Origin: Scenedesmus sp. PABB004
Lineage: Eukaryota
Direction: 5' to 3'
DNA length: 64,000 bases
NCBI GenBank assembly: GCA_014905635.1
Contig: CM026547.1
Coordinates: 3,286,001-3,350,000 of the forward strand
In this document: in pieces, positions 37,304-51,903 of the stretch
Numbering within the stretch: the stretch's first letter is position 1
How the letters are laid out: each line of letters begins with the position of its first letter
The notes under the pieces: generated by a model
Database searches by the model: none
The model's input: the letters and a program-made list of their open reading frames with translations, nothing else
Told to the model about the DNA's origin: nothing
Made by a program: the position numbers and the translations under genes

Positions 37304-38599
37304 TCACCACAGCGCCCAGCCGCCGCGGCCGCGCGGCTGGGCCTTGCCCTGCGCCTCGAGCGCGCGCTTGCCCTGCTCCACGCCCTCCAGCAGCAGCAGA
37401 GCCTCCTCCATCACCAGCTGCGAGGTCACGCGGCGCATGACCTGGCGCACGATCAGCTCCTCGCTCCAGCGCCCGCCACCCGCCGGCAGCTGCGCGGCGG
37501 CGCAGCCAGGCGGCGCAGTCGGCGGCGGGCGGGCCGCGTGCGCGCGGCGCCCTGGCCGCAGCCCAGCAGAGTCGCCGCGGCCGGCCAAGCCCCCTGCGCT
37601 GCTGCCCCGCCGCCGCAGCGCGCACCAGGCGGGCGAGCTCGGTCTCCACGAGCGCGTCCACGCGCGCGCGCGGTGCTGCCAGCTGCCGAGCCCGCCGTTG
37701 AGGGCCGCGGTGCAGAGCAGCGCGGCGATGTCCTCCGGCGCCGCGCCGCCGCCAGCCGCCGGCGCCGGCGGCGCGTAGCCGAGCTTGCGCGTGAGCAGCT
37801 TGGTGCGGACGAGGCGCTCGCAGTCCCTGAGCTGCTGCTCCAGCGCCTCCGCCGCGCCCGCAGCCAGCCGCCCCTTAAGCTGGTCGAGGCTCTCGCCGTC
37901 GAGCGGCAGCGCCTGCCCCAGCTCGCGCAGCGCCCGCACGCCGCCGCGCCTGCCCGCGGGGGTCGACGTAGCTCCGCACGTTTGCGCCCAGGAACGCGCC
38001 CGCGCCCGGCGGCAGCTCGCCGCCGTCGGGCGGCGGCGGCGCCTGCCGCGCGTCGCCGGCGCTCGGGCCGGCGGCGCCGCCGTCCTGTGGGCGCGCGCGC
38101 GGCCGGGCGGGCGGGGCGCCGTGGGCGCCCGAGCCGCGCCTGCAGGCCGGCGCCGGCGTCGCGCGCGCTGCCGCGCGTGCTGCGCAAACACAGCGTGCAC
38201 AGCGCGGCGCACCTCGTCGAGGAAGGTGGAGACCCACAGATAGAGCAGCATGACCGCGAGGTAGGTGGCACACACGATGAGCAGCGTGCTCAGCACCTCG
38301 GGGTCGCCCTCCGCCGCGAGCGACGGGTCGAGCAGCGCGTCCGCGCCGAGCTCGCCGCCGCTGCCGAAGACGCTGCCGCCCGCGCCCGCGTCGGAGGCCC
38401 ACGCCGCGCCGCCGCCCGGCAGCAGCGCGGCGAGCGCGCCCGCCGCGCCGGCGGCCAGGCGCGCCAGCGGCGGCGCGGTGCGGCGGCGCTCCGGGAGATC
38501 GTTGGGGGGCGGAAGGGCCTCGCCCGGGCGGCGCCGGCACGCCGCCGCCGCGACACCGGGGCGGCGGTGGAGGCGCGGCAGCGGCGGCGGCGCGTGCAT
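37304..38599 (-). CDS. Hypothetical single-pass membrane protein, possibly plastid-targeted, spliced, with apparent frameshifts
   Basis: Arg/Pro-rich N-terminus, hydrophobic stretch ending GAAWAS, TM VLSTLLIVCATYLAVMLLYLWVSTFL, GAG|GTGCGC donor near 38212, helical C-terminal exons ending GWALW-stop. No family recognised. Confidence 0.5.
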   Translation of the reverse strand: MHAPPPLPRLHRRPGVAAAACRRRPGEALPPPNDLPERRRTAPPLARLAAGAAGALAALLPGGGAAWASDAGAGGSVFGSGGELGADALLDPSLAAEGDPEVLSTLLIVCATYLAVMLLYLWVSTFLDEVRRAVHAVFAQHARQRARRRRRPAGAARAPTAPRPPGRARAHRTAAPPARAPATRGRRRRRPTAASCRRARARSWAQTCGATSTPAGRRGGVRALRELGQALPLDGESLDQLKGRLAAGAAEALEQQLRDCERLVRTKLLTRKLGYAPPAPAAGGGAAPEDIAALLCTAALNGGLGSWQHRARAWTRSWRPSSPAWCALRRRGSSAGGLAGRGDSAGLRPGRRAHAARPPPTAPPGCAAAQLPAGGGRWSEELIVRQVMRRVTSQLVMEEALLLLEGVEQGKRALEAQGKAQPRGRGGWALW

Positions 38600-39233
38600 G
38601 CGCCCGCAGCGCAGGGCGCAGGGCCTGCGGCGCGGCGCACGAACGTCGTGTCAGGGCGCAGGGACGCGTCGGAGCGCGCGCCGACATTGCGCGCGCGCCT
38701 GCTGGCGCACCTCGGGAGCACCATCGCGCCGAAACGACCGCGCGGGTGGCGCGCAGCTTCCGGGGCGGGCTGTTTCAATCGCAGATGACTCCAAGCTGTT
38801 CAGATTCGCCGGCTCGCGCGCTCGTTCGGCAAAACGTTTCGGCGGGCGGCAGGGCGGCGGCGGCCACCGCCGTGCGTCGTGGGCGGAGGCGCGTGCTCGG
38901 CAGGGGCCGCACGTGTGGCCTGGAGGCCGGAGCGCTCGCCATGGAGGCCAGCGGCGCAGGGCGCTGCGCGGCGGTGGCGCAGGGCTCAGCGAACGGTTAC
39001 ACATCGAGGCGTCTCGCAGAGACGCCACCGCAAAGCTCAGGCCCGACGCCGCCGCAAATGGGGGCCGCGCAGAAGCACAACAAATGCGCGTGCGCAGCGC
39101 GCGCAGACTTCGGTCGGGGCTGCAGACCAGGCGCGGCGCGGCAGGCCCGCGCAGCAGCACGCCAGTGGGTCACGGGGGTCGGGCAAGAGTCGTGCGCGCC
39201 TGGCCACCGCGCGGCGCCTGCTGGCCGCGCAAG

Positions 39234-39908
39234 TCACGCGCGCGCCCCGCGCCTTCACCGGCGTGCCGCCGGTGAGCGACAGGCAGCCGGCCACCGCGGC
39301 GGCCGCGCGGCCGTCGGCCGCGCCCGCCCTGGCCGCGGCGACGCCGCCGCGCAGCAGCGCCTGGACCTCGGCGCCCAGCGCGGCGTCGGGCGGCGCGCCG
39401 GCCCGCGGCGCCGCCGCGCGGCGCCTCGTCCTGGCCGACGATGGTGAGCTCGCCGCCGCCCTCGCTGCTGCCGTCCTCGCCGTCCTCCTCGGACGCGGCG
39501 GCCGGCTCGCGCGCGGCCGCGACGGCCTCGCGCTCCCCGCGCGCCGCGTCGGCCGCGACCGCCGCGGCCGCCGCCGCGCGCGCCGCCGTCGCGCGCCGTC
39601 GCGGCGGCGGCGAGCAGCTTCTGGCGCGCCGCCGACCACGAGAGCTGGCGGTTGATGCGCACCGACTGCGTGAGCCCCGCCAGCGACTGCCCGCCCGTGT
39701 GCACGGCGCGCACAAACTCGGGCACAAGGCGCAGCATCAGCTCCAGCTGCTCGCCCGCCTCGGCGGGCGACATGCCCGCGCGGCACGTGCTCTTCTGCCG
39801 CAGCAGCATGACCACCTGGCGCGGGCGAGGCGGGCGCCCGCGGGTGAGGCGGGCGCGCGCGAGGCAGGGAGCGGCAGCGCCCGCGCCCGCGGCGGCGGCG
39901 GCGGCGGC

Positions 39909-39942
<34 letters not shown>

Positions 39943-42072
39943 GGCGCGCGCAGGCGCACCTCGGCCTTGGGCTTGACGCAGGCGCCGCGCTCGCCAAAGA
40001 CGCCGCGCAGCACGTCAAACGTGCCCGGCAGCATGTCCAGCGCGCGCTCCTGCTCGAGCTCCTGCTGCCGCGCCGCCTTGCTCTGCTGCACCTCCACGCT
40101 CGACACCTGGCGCAGCAGCTGCGCGGCGGCGGCGGCGGCGGCGGCGTCAGGACGGGCCCGCGGCGGCGTGGCCGGGCTCCGGGCCTCCCGCGGCAGCCGC
40201 TCACCGCCATGGCCGACGCGCCCAGCTCAAACGTGAGGCCGCCGGGCTTGGCGGCCGGCGCCGGCTGCGCCTCAGCGGGCGCGGCGGCGGCGGCCTTGGC
40301 CGCGGGCGCCTTGGGCAGCGCCGCCTCAAACGTGAGCTTGCGCGCCTTGACGCCGCCGGGCGCCGCCGCCGGCGCGGGCGCGGGCGCCGCCTCGGGCGTC
40401 GCGTGCAGGTCGGCGGGGCGGCGGCCCGCGGGCGCCTGCTGCGGCGTCGCGGTGGCCACCGGCGTGCCAAAGAGACGGTTGGGGCGCAGCCCCGGCGTGC
40501 CGGCGCTGGGCTCGTCGCCGTCGCCGCCGCGCTGCGGCGTGCCGGCGCCGCCGTCGCGGCTGGGCGTGCCGAACAGGCCGGCGCCGGCGGCGGGGCTCAG
40601 CAGCGCCGCCGCCGGCTGGCGGGGTTCGGGGCTGAAGCTCAGGCCGCCCTCGCCTGGGGAGGCAGGAGGGGGGGGGGGGAGTGGTCGGGAGCGGCGGCGC
40701 GGATGGGTGAGACGGGTGCGCAGCGACCGGCGGCGCGGCCAGGCAGGGCGCGCGCGGCCGCTGCGGCTGCGCACCGTCCTTGGCCGGCCTGCCCTTGCCC
40801 GCGCGGCCGCGCGCGGGGGCGGGCTCATCAGGCCCGCCACGCCCGCGCCGCCGCGGGCGCACGTCGCGGACGGCCGCTTGGGCGGCGGGCTCAGCAGGCC
40901 CTCCGCCGGCGTGCCGGAGCCGCTGCGCGTGCGCGCAGCGGCGCCGCCGCCCCGGCGGCGCGGTCTGGGGCGTGCCCGGCAGCAGGTCGCCGCTGCTGAG
41001 CGCGCGGCGGCTGGGGGTGCAGTCGCGCGCGTTGGGGCCCGCCAGCGGCGGCAGCTCCGCCAGCGGCGCCTCGGCGCCCTGCGCGGCGAGCGGGCGGGCG
41101 GGCGGGCGGGCGTGGTGCGAGCGCGCCCGAGGCGGACGACGCGGCGGGCGCGGCGGACGCGCGGGCGGGGGCTGCCGGCGGCGCGGCCGCGCTATGCGCG
41201 CACCGGGTGCGCGCGCGCGTGCTGCTGCAGGCGCTTGAAGAACAGCTGCTGCATCGCCACCGTGTCCGCGCCGGGCGCGAGCTTGAGCAGCAGCTGCTGC
41301 TCCGGCTTGCGCGTGGTCGCGTTGGTGGTGAGCAGGTGCTCCCAGCCCAGCGCCTCGGGGCACAGCGCCCGCATCTGCTGGACGTGCCGCACCTGCGAGG
41401 CGGGGGCGCGCGGGCGCGGCGCGGCGCGCGTGGGTGCGCGGCGGCCGCCGTCAGGCAGCGCGGGGGCGGCGGTGCTGCCGACCGGCAGCGCCCGGCGGGG
41501 CCCGCGCCCGCCCGGCGCTCGTGCCTGGAAGTCGCGGCCGCTGAAGTTCTGCACGGGCACGCGGAGGTTCTGGAACGTCGTCGCCTTGCCGCGCGAGCGC
41601 ACCAGCGGCAGGGTCACGTACACGGCGCCGAGCAGCTGGTTGAGCAGCAGCAGGCCGGGCGGCAGCTGCTCCGGCGACGCGTCGCCGCCGAGCAGGCCGT
41701 CGTCCGCGCCGCCGGCCTTGCCCTTGCCCGCGGGCGTGCGCGGGTCGGCCTTGGACTTGGGGCCAGCGAGCTTGGCGGACTCGGCGGCGCCCGGGCCTGC
41801 GACGGGGGGTGTGGCGGGAGGGGACCGTTTGACGGCAGTGATGGCCGCGCCTGACGGCGCCGCTGCGCGCGCGACGCCCGCGCCCGGGCGCCCGACGAGC
41901 GCACCCTCGTCCCCGGCGTCGCCCAGGCAGGTCTTGCGGCGCTTGGCGGGGCTGGCGAACACGCCCAGCGCCTGCAGGGGTCGGCCGTCGCGCGCGGGCG
42001 CTCAGCGGCGCGCCCCCGCGGCGCGCCGGCGCGGCGCGCTGCGCGCGTGAGGTGTGCGCGCACCTCGGCCAT
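39234..42072 (-). CDS. CDT1: DNA replication licensing factor CDT1, spliced, 3' end approximate
   Basis: MAE|ALGVFASPAKRRK (CDK site/NLS). Middle winged helix LPPGLLLLNQLLGAV...TTFQNLRVPVQNFSGRDFQ|VRHVQQMRALCPE. Many S/TP sites. C-terminal winged helix LDMLPGTFDVLRGVF...MSPAEAGEQLELMLRLVPEF...VRINR. Confidence 0.8.
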
Positions 42073-42253
42073 CGTGGGGAATGCCGCGCGGCGGCAGCGG
42101 CAGCGGCCACAGCGCGCGGGCCGGCCGCGGAGCGGTGGCGCGGCCCCTGGCGCGCGGGGGAGGGTGTGCGCGGGGAGGGGCGGTGTGGAGGGGCGCGTGG
42201 TGGGTGGGGGGAGTGCGGACACGGCGCGCGGGCGCGGGGCGAGCTCGGAGCGG

Positions 42254-42340
42254 GCCGGGAAACGGGCGACAAAGTCGAACGGGTTTGAAGTCAGTCACTT
42301 GGTAAACCGCCCCTTTTTGCGTCGAACGCGTTTCACGCGC
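42254..42340. promoter_or_regulatory. Candidate E2F / CHR / MSA-like cluster in the CDT1 bidirectional promoter
   Basis: GCCGGGAAA at 42254-42262 (TTTCCCGGC on minus), AACGG at 42261 and 42278, TTTGAA at 42284-42289, all within an AT-richer island. Confidence 0.45.
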
Positions 42341-42645
42341 TCTGGGTGGTCGATCATCCGCCGTCCACACGCCGGCAGCGGCTCTGCGCGCCCACCTGCC
42401 ACGCCACGCAGCCTGCTGCTGCTGCTCCCGCGCTCGCGGCGCGCCAAGCGCCCAATTCGCGGACACCGACTCACAGCGTGCCCGCCGTCGCGCCTGGCGT
42501 GGTCGGCGGCGCGTGCCGGCAGCGGCAGCGGCAGCAGCACCGGCGGCAGCAGCGGCAGCAGCGGCGGCAGCAGCAGCGGAGGCGCTCGCGCGGTGGTCAT
42601 GCCGGGGGCCACGCGGCAGCGCTGACCCCAGCGACCGGCGGCGGC

Positions 42646-44740
42646 ATGACCGCCGCGGCGGCCGGCGGCGCGTGCGGCAGCCCACGGCCGCGGCCGCGCC
42701 TGCGCCTCGGCCGCGCGGCGGCGCTCGTGCTCGCGCTCTGCGCGGCGGCCCCGCTCGCCGCCCTGCTCGCGCCCGGCCTCGCGGGCCTGCCGCGCGGCGG
42801 CCTGCTCACGAGCGCGGCCGGGCACGCGTTTCACCCGGCGCTCTGCGGCGACGCGCTGCCGCGCGGCGTCGGCGGCGGTGCCGCGCCCGCCGTCAACGCG
42901 AGCGCCGCGTGCGCCGAGGTGCACGACCCGGCGTTCGCGGCGTTGCGCGTGGAGCTGCCGCCGGACGGGCTGCGCCTCGTGTCGGCCGACGCGCGGCTGG
43001 CGCGCCTGGCGGCGCAGCTCGAGGCCGCGGCCGCGGGCGGCTGGCCGCTGCCGCTCGCGCGCCGCCTGGCGGCGGTGATGCTCGGCGCGGTCGACCCGGA
43101 GCGCGGCGCGCTGCAGCCGCCGCCGCTCGCGGCGTGGCACAGCGGCTCGCGCGAGGGCTGGGGCGTCCTGCGCGGCGCGCTCGCGCTGCTCGCCGAGCAG
43201 GCGGGCGCGGGGCGCCTCGTCGCGTGCGGCTGGGACGCCTCGCTGCCGGTGGGCTTTGCCACGCGCTTCCTCTTTGCCGTCACGCTCGGCGGCGCCCCGG
43301 CGCTGAGCAACGTGCTCGCGCTGCTGCACGTCCTCACCCTCCTGCCGCCCGGCACCGCCTACGTCTCGCTCGTGCTGCGCCCCGGCGCCGACGACGCCGA
43401 CGCGCTCGCGGCGGGCCTGCTGCAGCTGCTCGCGGCGCCGCTGGGCGTGCCGGTGCACCTGGCGCGCCAGCCGGCGGCGCGGGCGGGCGCCGCGCACGTG
43501 CGCAACGCGGCGCTGTCGCCCTTCTTCCCGCGGCGGCGGCCGCCGGGCAGCGGCGGCGCGCCCGCCGCCGCTGGCGCGCCGGCCGCGCGCGGAGGGCGCA
43601 GGCGCGCGCTGGCGGCCGCCGGCGCGGCCACTGCTGCTGCGGCGGCGGCGGCGGGGCTGCGCGTGGGCGGCTGCCCGCCGGGGCGCCCCGCGCCGGGCTG
43701 CTTCGGGGCTGCCTACGTGGTGGTGCTTGATGCCCACGTGTACGTCTGCGGCGGCGACGTGGTGCGGCTGATGGAGTACCGTGAGGACCTCGTCTGTGGC
43801 CTGGAGCTCACAGAGTTTGCGGGCTCGCGCGGCGGCGGCGGCGGCGCGGGCGGGCGGCGGCGGCTGGCCGGCGCGGCCGCGGCGGCGCGCCGCGCCGCGC
43901 GCCGCGCCGCGGCGCGGCGCCTGGCGCAGGCGGCCGTGCTGGGCGAGGGGCCGGTCGCGGCCGGCGCGGCGGCGGCGGCCGCGGCGGACGCGCCGGACGT
44001 GCCGCCGGAGTTCGCCATGCGCGCGATCCACGCTGTGCACGACGCGGCGCGCGACGTGCGGGGCGCGCTGCTCACGTACTTTCCCCCATTTTTCCGCCAC
44101 GCGGCGAGCGCGGCGGCGGCGCGCGCGGGGCTGCCCCTGCCCGCGCGCTGCTGCTGGGGCGGGCTCGCGAAGCTTCGCGCCGCGCCGCTCGCGGCGGGGC
44201 TGCGCTTCCGCGCGCCGCTGCCGCCGGCCGAGTGCAACGCCACAGAGACGGCGCTCCTGTGCGACGACCTGCACCGCGGCGGGTACGGCCAGGTCGTCAT
44301 CGATCCCGGCGTGCGCACATCGGCGCAGGTGAGCCCTGGCGGCGGCGCGACGGTCGGCGCAGGGGCGCGCCCGGGGTCGGCGCGGCGCGGCGGCTGGGCG
44401 CGCGGCCGCCCAACCCGCCGCGGGCGCGGGCGCGCAGCTGCGCACGAAGCGCCTGTTCGAGCAACCTCGGTTCCCGTACTTTTATTACACGGGCAGCGAG
44501 TCAACCTCGTGGTTTGACGTCAATCCCTTGCTGCCGCTGCGGTTCTGGGGCGGCGCGCCGACGGCCGCCGACGCGGCGGCGTGGGCCCCGGGCTCGACGC
44601 ACGCGTGCTGCGACGCCGGCATCGTCGGGCGGCCCGCCAGCAGCGAGTGCCGGCCGGTCGACAACGCGGGCGGCGTCAACTTTACAGCGCAGTTCCTGCG
44701 CGAGTGCGACGGCGGCGCGCGCGGCGAGTTCTGCGAGTGA
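42646..44740 (+). CDS. Divergent GT69 / CAP59-CMT1-like (alpha-1,3-mannosyltransferase-like) type II membrane protein (2 exons)
   Basis: N-terminal TM anchor; YVSLV, AHVRNAALSPF, VVVLDAHVYVCGGDVVRL, DLVCGLE, ARDVRG, PARCCWGG, LRFR...ECNATETALLCDDL..GYGQVVIDPGV. Intron 44329-44437; the second exon is Cys-rich and ends GEFCE-stop. Confidence 0.72.
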
Positions 44741-44904
44741 CTGAGCTGCCGCCCAGCCCACACCGCCCTCGCCGCGCCACGGCACGCCAGCCGCCGACGG
44801 CGGTCCAGCGCGCCCGCGCCGCGCGCCCAGCTCCCGCGCGCGCCGCGGCGGCGGCCCGACCACTCCCCGCGATCGGTGCCGGCCTGACCGACTCTCACGG
44901 CGCC

Positions 44905-47556
44905 ATGGCCGCGGGCGGAGGACGCGCCGTGCGGGTGGGCGCCTGGGGCGGCTCGCTGCTCGGCGTGGCGGCCGGCAGGGGCGACGCGCGGCTGCTGGTG
45001 ACCGTCCAGGGCGACGGCGTGGCGAGCTTCGACGCGGGCAGCCTGGTGCGGCCGCGCCGGCGCGCCTCCCCGGCCGCCCCGCGCAGCGGGGGCGCGATCC
45101 CAGCCCCGCGACCGCCGCTTCCGCAGGCGCCCGGCAACACCAAGGCCCTGGGCAGCAGCAGCGCCGTGCTGCTGGCGCCGGTGGTGCTCGCGGGCGGCGG
45201 CTACGTCGCGGCGCTGCAGCCGGCCGGCGGCGGCGCGCACGGGCTGCTGGTGCGGTCGCCCGCCGCCGCGAAGGGCCCGCCGCGGCCGCTGCTGGACGCG
45301 GAGCAGCAGCTGGCGCTGCCGGGGGCGCTGCACAGCCTGCACGTGCTCGCGCCGGCGCCCGGCGCGCCGGCGGGCTGCGCGGCGGTCGTGCTCGCAGACG
45401 GCGCCGTCGCGGCGGCCGACTGGGACGCGGCCGCGCTCGCGCCCGCCGCCGGCGGCCGCGCCGCGGGCGCCGCCGCCGGCCGGCAGCCGCGCGGCGCGGC
45501 GGCGCCCGCGCTCGCGGCGGCCTGCGACGGCCGGCTGCTCGCCGTGGCGGCGCAGCCCGCGGGCGGCGGCGAGGTGTCGGTAGACGTCTTTGCGCCCGCG
45601 CCTGCGCCCGCGGCGGCAGAGGCCGACGCCGGCGCAGCCGCCGCGGCGAGGCCGCGGCTGGCGCTCGTGCACAGCGCCGCGGTCGCCTGCCCCGCGCCGG
45701 GCGCGCGGCTCGCGGCGGCGTCGCTGGCGGGCGACCTGCTGGTGCTGCAGTGGCGCGACGGCAGCGTGACGACGTACCACGCCGACCTGGCGCGCCGCGG
45801 CGCGCCGGCGGAGCACGTTGCCACGCTGCCGCTGCCGCCGGCGCTCGCCGCCGGCGCGGCCGCGGGCGGCGGCCAGGCGGCGGGCGGCCGCAAGCGCCGC
45901 GGCGGTGAGGAGCCGAGCGCCGCCGGCGTGCTCGCGGCGGCGCTGTCCGAGACGCACGTGCTGCTGCTGGCGCACGGGGGCGGCGGTGCGCCGCGCTTCG
46001 AGGTGCTCGACGCGCGCTTTGGCTGCAGCCTGGCCTCGGGCGAGCTAGACCTGGGGCCCCCCGCCCCCGGCGCCCCCGGCGGCGGCGCCGCGCAGCTGCT
46101 GGCGCTGCCGCGCCACCCCTCCGCGCCGGCGGCGCTCGCGCTCGGCGGCGCGGTGCACCTGCTGCACCTGCAGCTGCCCAGGGCCGACCTCGCCGGCATC
46201 GTCGCGACGCTGGGGCTGGGCGGCAAGGCCGGCGCCGCGCCCGACGCGCCGCCGGGGGGGCGCGCCGTGGCGCACCGGCAGCAGCTCAACCTGCTCGCCA
46301 TCGCGGCGGCGGTCGGCGGCGCCGCGCCCGGCGCGGCGGCGCAGGAGCGGGCGGTCGCGCTGCACGTGCTGCCGGCCGGCGGCGACGGCGGCGGCGACGC
46401 CGACGCCGCGGCGGGCGTCGGCCTGGCGGCGGCCGCGGAGCAGCTGGCGGGCGTGCTTGGCCAGGCGCCTGTGCCCGCGGCGGAGCTCAAGCAGCGAGCG
46501 AAGCAGCTCTGCGACGCGCTGCAGCACGAGCAGGAGCTGCAGCACGCGGCGGGCGGCGGCGCGCCGCAGCGCCATCGCGCAGCGCCGCACGCGCGGCGTG
46601 GCAAGCACCAGGCGGCGGCGGGGCAGCTGCCGATGTGCGCCGCCGCCGTGGTGGTGAGCCAGCGCCTGGTGGCGCAGTGCCTCGACGCGCTCGCCGACGC
46701 GCAGGCGTGGCCGGTGCTGGAGCAGCTGCACGCGCTGCAGCCGCTGCAGTCGCTCGCGGCCTGCCCGGGCCTGCTGCCGGCGCTGGCGCGCGGGCAGCAG
46801 TTTGCGCTGCTGCGCCAGGTGCTGCGCAGCGCGCACGACGTGCCGGCGGAGCCGCTCGTCGCGGCCATGGCGCACCTGCTGGTGCAGCCCGCGGGCGAGG
46901 CGGGCGCGCGGGCGCGCGAGGCGCGCGCCATCCGCGCCGCGGCCGAGGCGGCGGTCGCAGAGGCGGCGGCGGCGCAGGCGAGTGGGCACCCGGCCGCGCG
47001 CGCGCGCCTCGCGCTCGCGCGCGCCGCGGCGGCCGCGGTGGACGGCTTCACGCCCAGCGAGGTCCTGCTGCACGCGCTGCTCGCCGCGCCCGTGGACGGC
47101 GTGGAGGCGTGCGCCGCGCTGCGCGCGCTGCCGTCGGCGGGCGTGCTGCGCCTGCTGCGCCTGCTCGACAAGTGGGCGGCCAAGTACGCGGCGCTGGCGC
47201 TGCGCGAGGGCGGCTGGGCTGGCACGGGCTGGTCGGACGCGGGCCTCGCGGGCCAGCCCTGGGACGGCCCCGCCGCGCTCGCGCTGCTGGACGTGCCGGC
47301 CTGGCCCGCGGTGCTCGAGTGGGGGCGGCTGCTGCTCGACGCGCACCTCGCGCGCCTGGCGCTGCTCCCCGCCGCGGCGCCGCTGCTGCGGCGCCTGCAG
47401 CTGGGCCTGCGCCAGGAGGCCGAGGCGACCAGCCGGCTGGTGGGGCTCAGGGGCGTGGTGGAGCACATGGCCGCCGGCGCGCCGCTGCCCGCCGGCGCTG
47501 AGGCGGCGGGCTCCGAGTACACGCTGGAGCTGCTCGACCTGCGCCTCTCGCGCTGA
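44905..47556 (+). CDS. NOL11/Utp8-like nucleolar SSU processome (UTP-A) protein
   Basis: N-terminal beta-rich region (LLVTVQGDGVASFD), helical C-terminus VPAWPAVLEWGRLLLDAHLARL...LVGLRG...EYTLELLDL resembling the NOL11/Utp8 C-terminal signature. Family call from recalled motifs only. Confidence 0.6.
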   Translation: MAAGGGRAVRVGAWGGSLLGVAAGRGDARLLVTVQGDGVASFDAGSLVRPRRRASPAAPRSGGAIPAPRPPLPQAPGNTKALGSSSAVLLAPVVLAGGGYVAALQPAGGGAHGLLVRSPAAAKGPPRPLLDAEQQLALPGALHSLHVLAPAPGAPAGCAAVVLADGAVAAADWDAAALAPAAGGRAAGAAAGRQPRGAAAPALAAACDGRLLAVAAQPAGGGEVSVDVFAPAPAPAAAEADAGAAAAARPRLALVHSAAVACPAPGARLAAASLAGDLLVLQWRDGSVTTYHADLARRGAPAEHVATLPLPPALAAGAAAGGGQAAGGRKRRGGEEPSAAGVLAAALSETHVLLLAHGGGGAPRFEVLDARFGCSLASGELDLGPPAPGAPGGGAAQLLALPRHPSAPAALALGGAVHLLHLQLPRADLAGIVATLGLGGKAGAAPDAPPGGRAVAHRQQLNLLAIAAAVGGAAPGAAAQERAVALHVLPAGGDGGGDADAAAGVGLAAAAEQLAGVLGQAPVPAAELKQRAKQLCDALQHEQELQHAAGGGAPQRHRAAPHARRGKHQAAAGQLPMCAAAVVVSQRLVAQCLDALADAQAWPVLEQLHALQPLQSLAACPGLLPALARGQQFALLRQVLRSAHDVPAEPLVAAMAHLLVQPAGEAGARAREARAIRAAAEAAVAEAAAAQASGHPAARARLALARAAAAAVDGFTPSEVLLHALLAAPVDGVEACAALRALPSAGVLRLLRLLDKWAAKYAALALREGGWAGTGWSDAGLAGQPWDGPAALALLDVPAWPAVLEWGRLLLDAHLARLALLPAAAPLLRRLQLGLRQEAEATSRLVGLRGVVEHMAAGAPLPAGAEAAGSEYTLELLDLRLSR

Positions 47557-47801
47557 CCAGCGTGCTCGTGAGCGCTCAGCGCTGGCCAGCGCCTGAGCCG
47601 AGCGGGGCGCGAGCGCGGAGGGCAGCCGCCTGTCAGGGCGGGGGGAGGGGCGAGCGGGCGTCGCCTGCGAATCTCTGTGACGGCCGAGGCGGCGCGGCGC
47701 CGGTGCGAACGGCCGGGTCACAAAACCGGCAGCGCGAGCCGCCACGTCCCCCACACCGCGCGCGCGCAAGAATGGGACAGCCCCCCGCCGCGCCGCGCCG
47801 C

Positions 47802-51321
<3,520 letters not shown>

Positions 51322-51903
51322 CTTCTGCGCTGCTGGGGCGGCAGCCGCTCTCTGCCGCGGCGGCGGGTTCGCGGGAGTCCACCCTGACCTGGGGCGTGCG
51401 CGTTGAGATCGGGAGCGGCCGCGGGGGGTCACAAGACCGCCGTCTGCTGTCACAATTCGAGCGAGCTGGCGCCGGCCCGCGGGCTGCTCGGGAGGCGCTG
51501 CCGCCGCTCCCCCGGCGCCAAAGCGATCTTCGCCCTCCACAGCTGCCCCCCGCCCGCCCGGCCCCGCACCTGCACCGCCGCGCGCCCACCCGCGCGAGCC
51601 CCCGCCCGCCCGTCCGCCCGGCGTTGGCCCCGGGGCGCACGCCCGCGGCAGCCTGCCGCCCCGAAGCCCGCCGGCGCCGGCTGCGCGCGCCCGGCGGCGC
51701 GGCGGGGGGCGCGGAGGCGGTTGGCGCGCAGTCTTGCCGGCCGCGGCCGCGGGCCCACCGCCGGCGCAGGCGCCGAGGCAGCCCGCCCCGCGGCGGACCC
51801 GGGCCCGGAGCAGCCGCCCCGCATGGCGGACGGCCCGCGCGGCGCGTGAGGCGGCCGCGCCGCGACGACAGCAGCGCGCGCGGCAGCGGCGGCGCTGGGC
51901 GCG

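Noticed and set aside
45201..47522. 773-aa minus-strand ORF
   Set aside because: Ser/Ala-rich antisense frame of the NOL11-like CDS.
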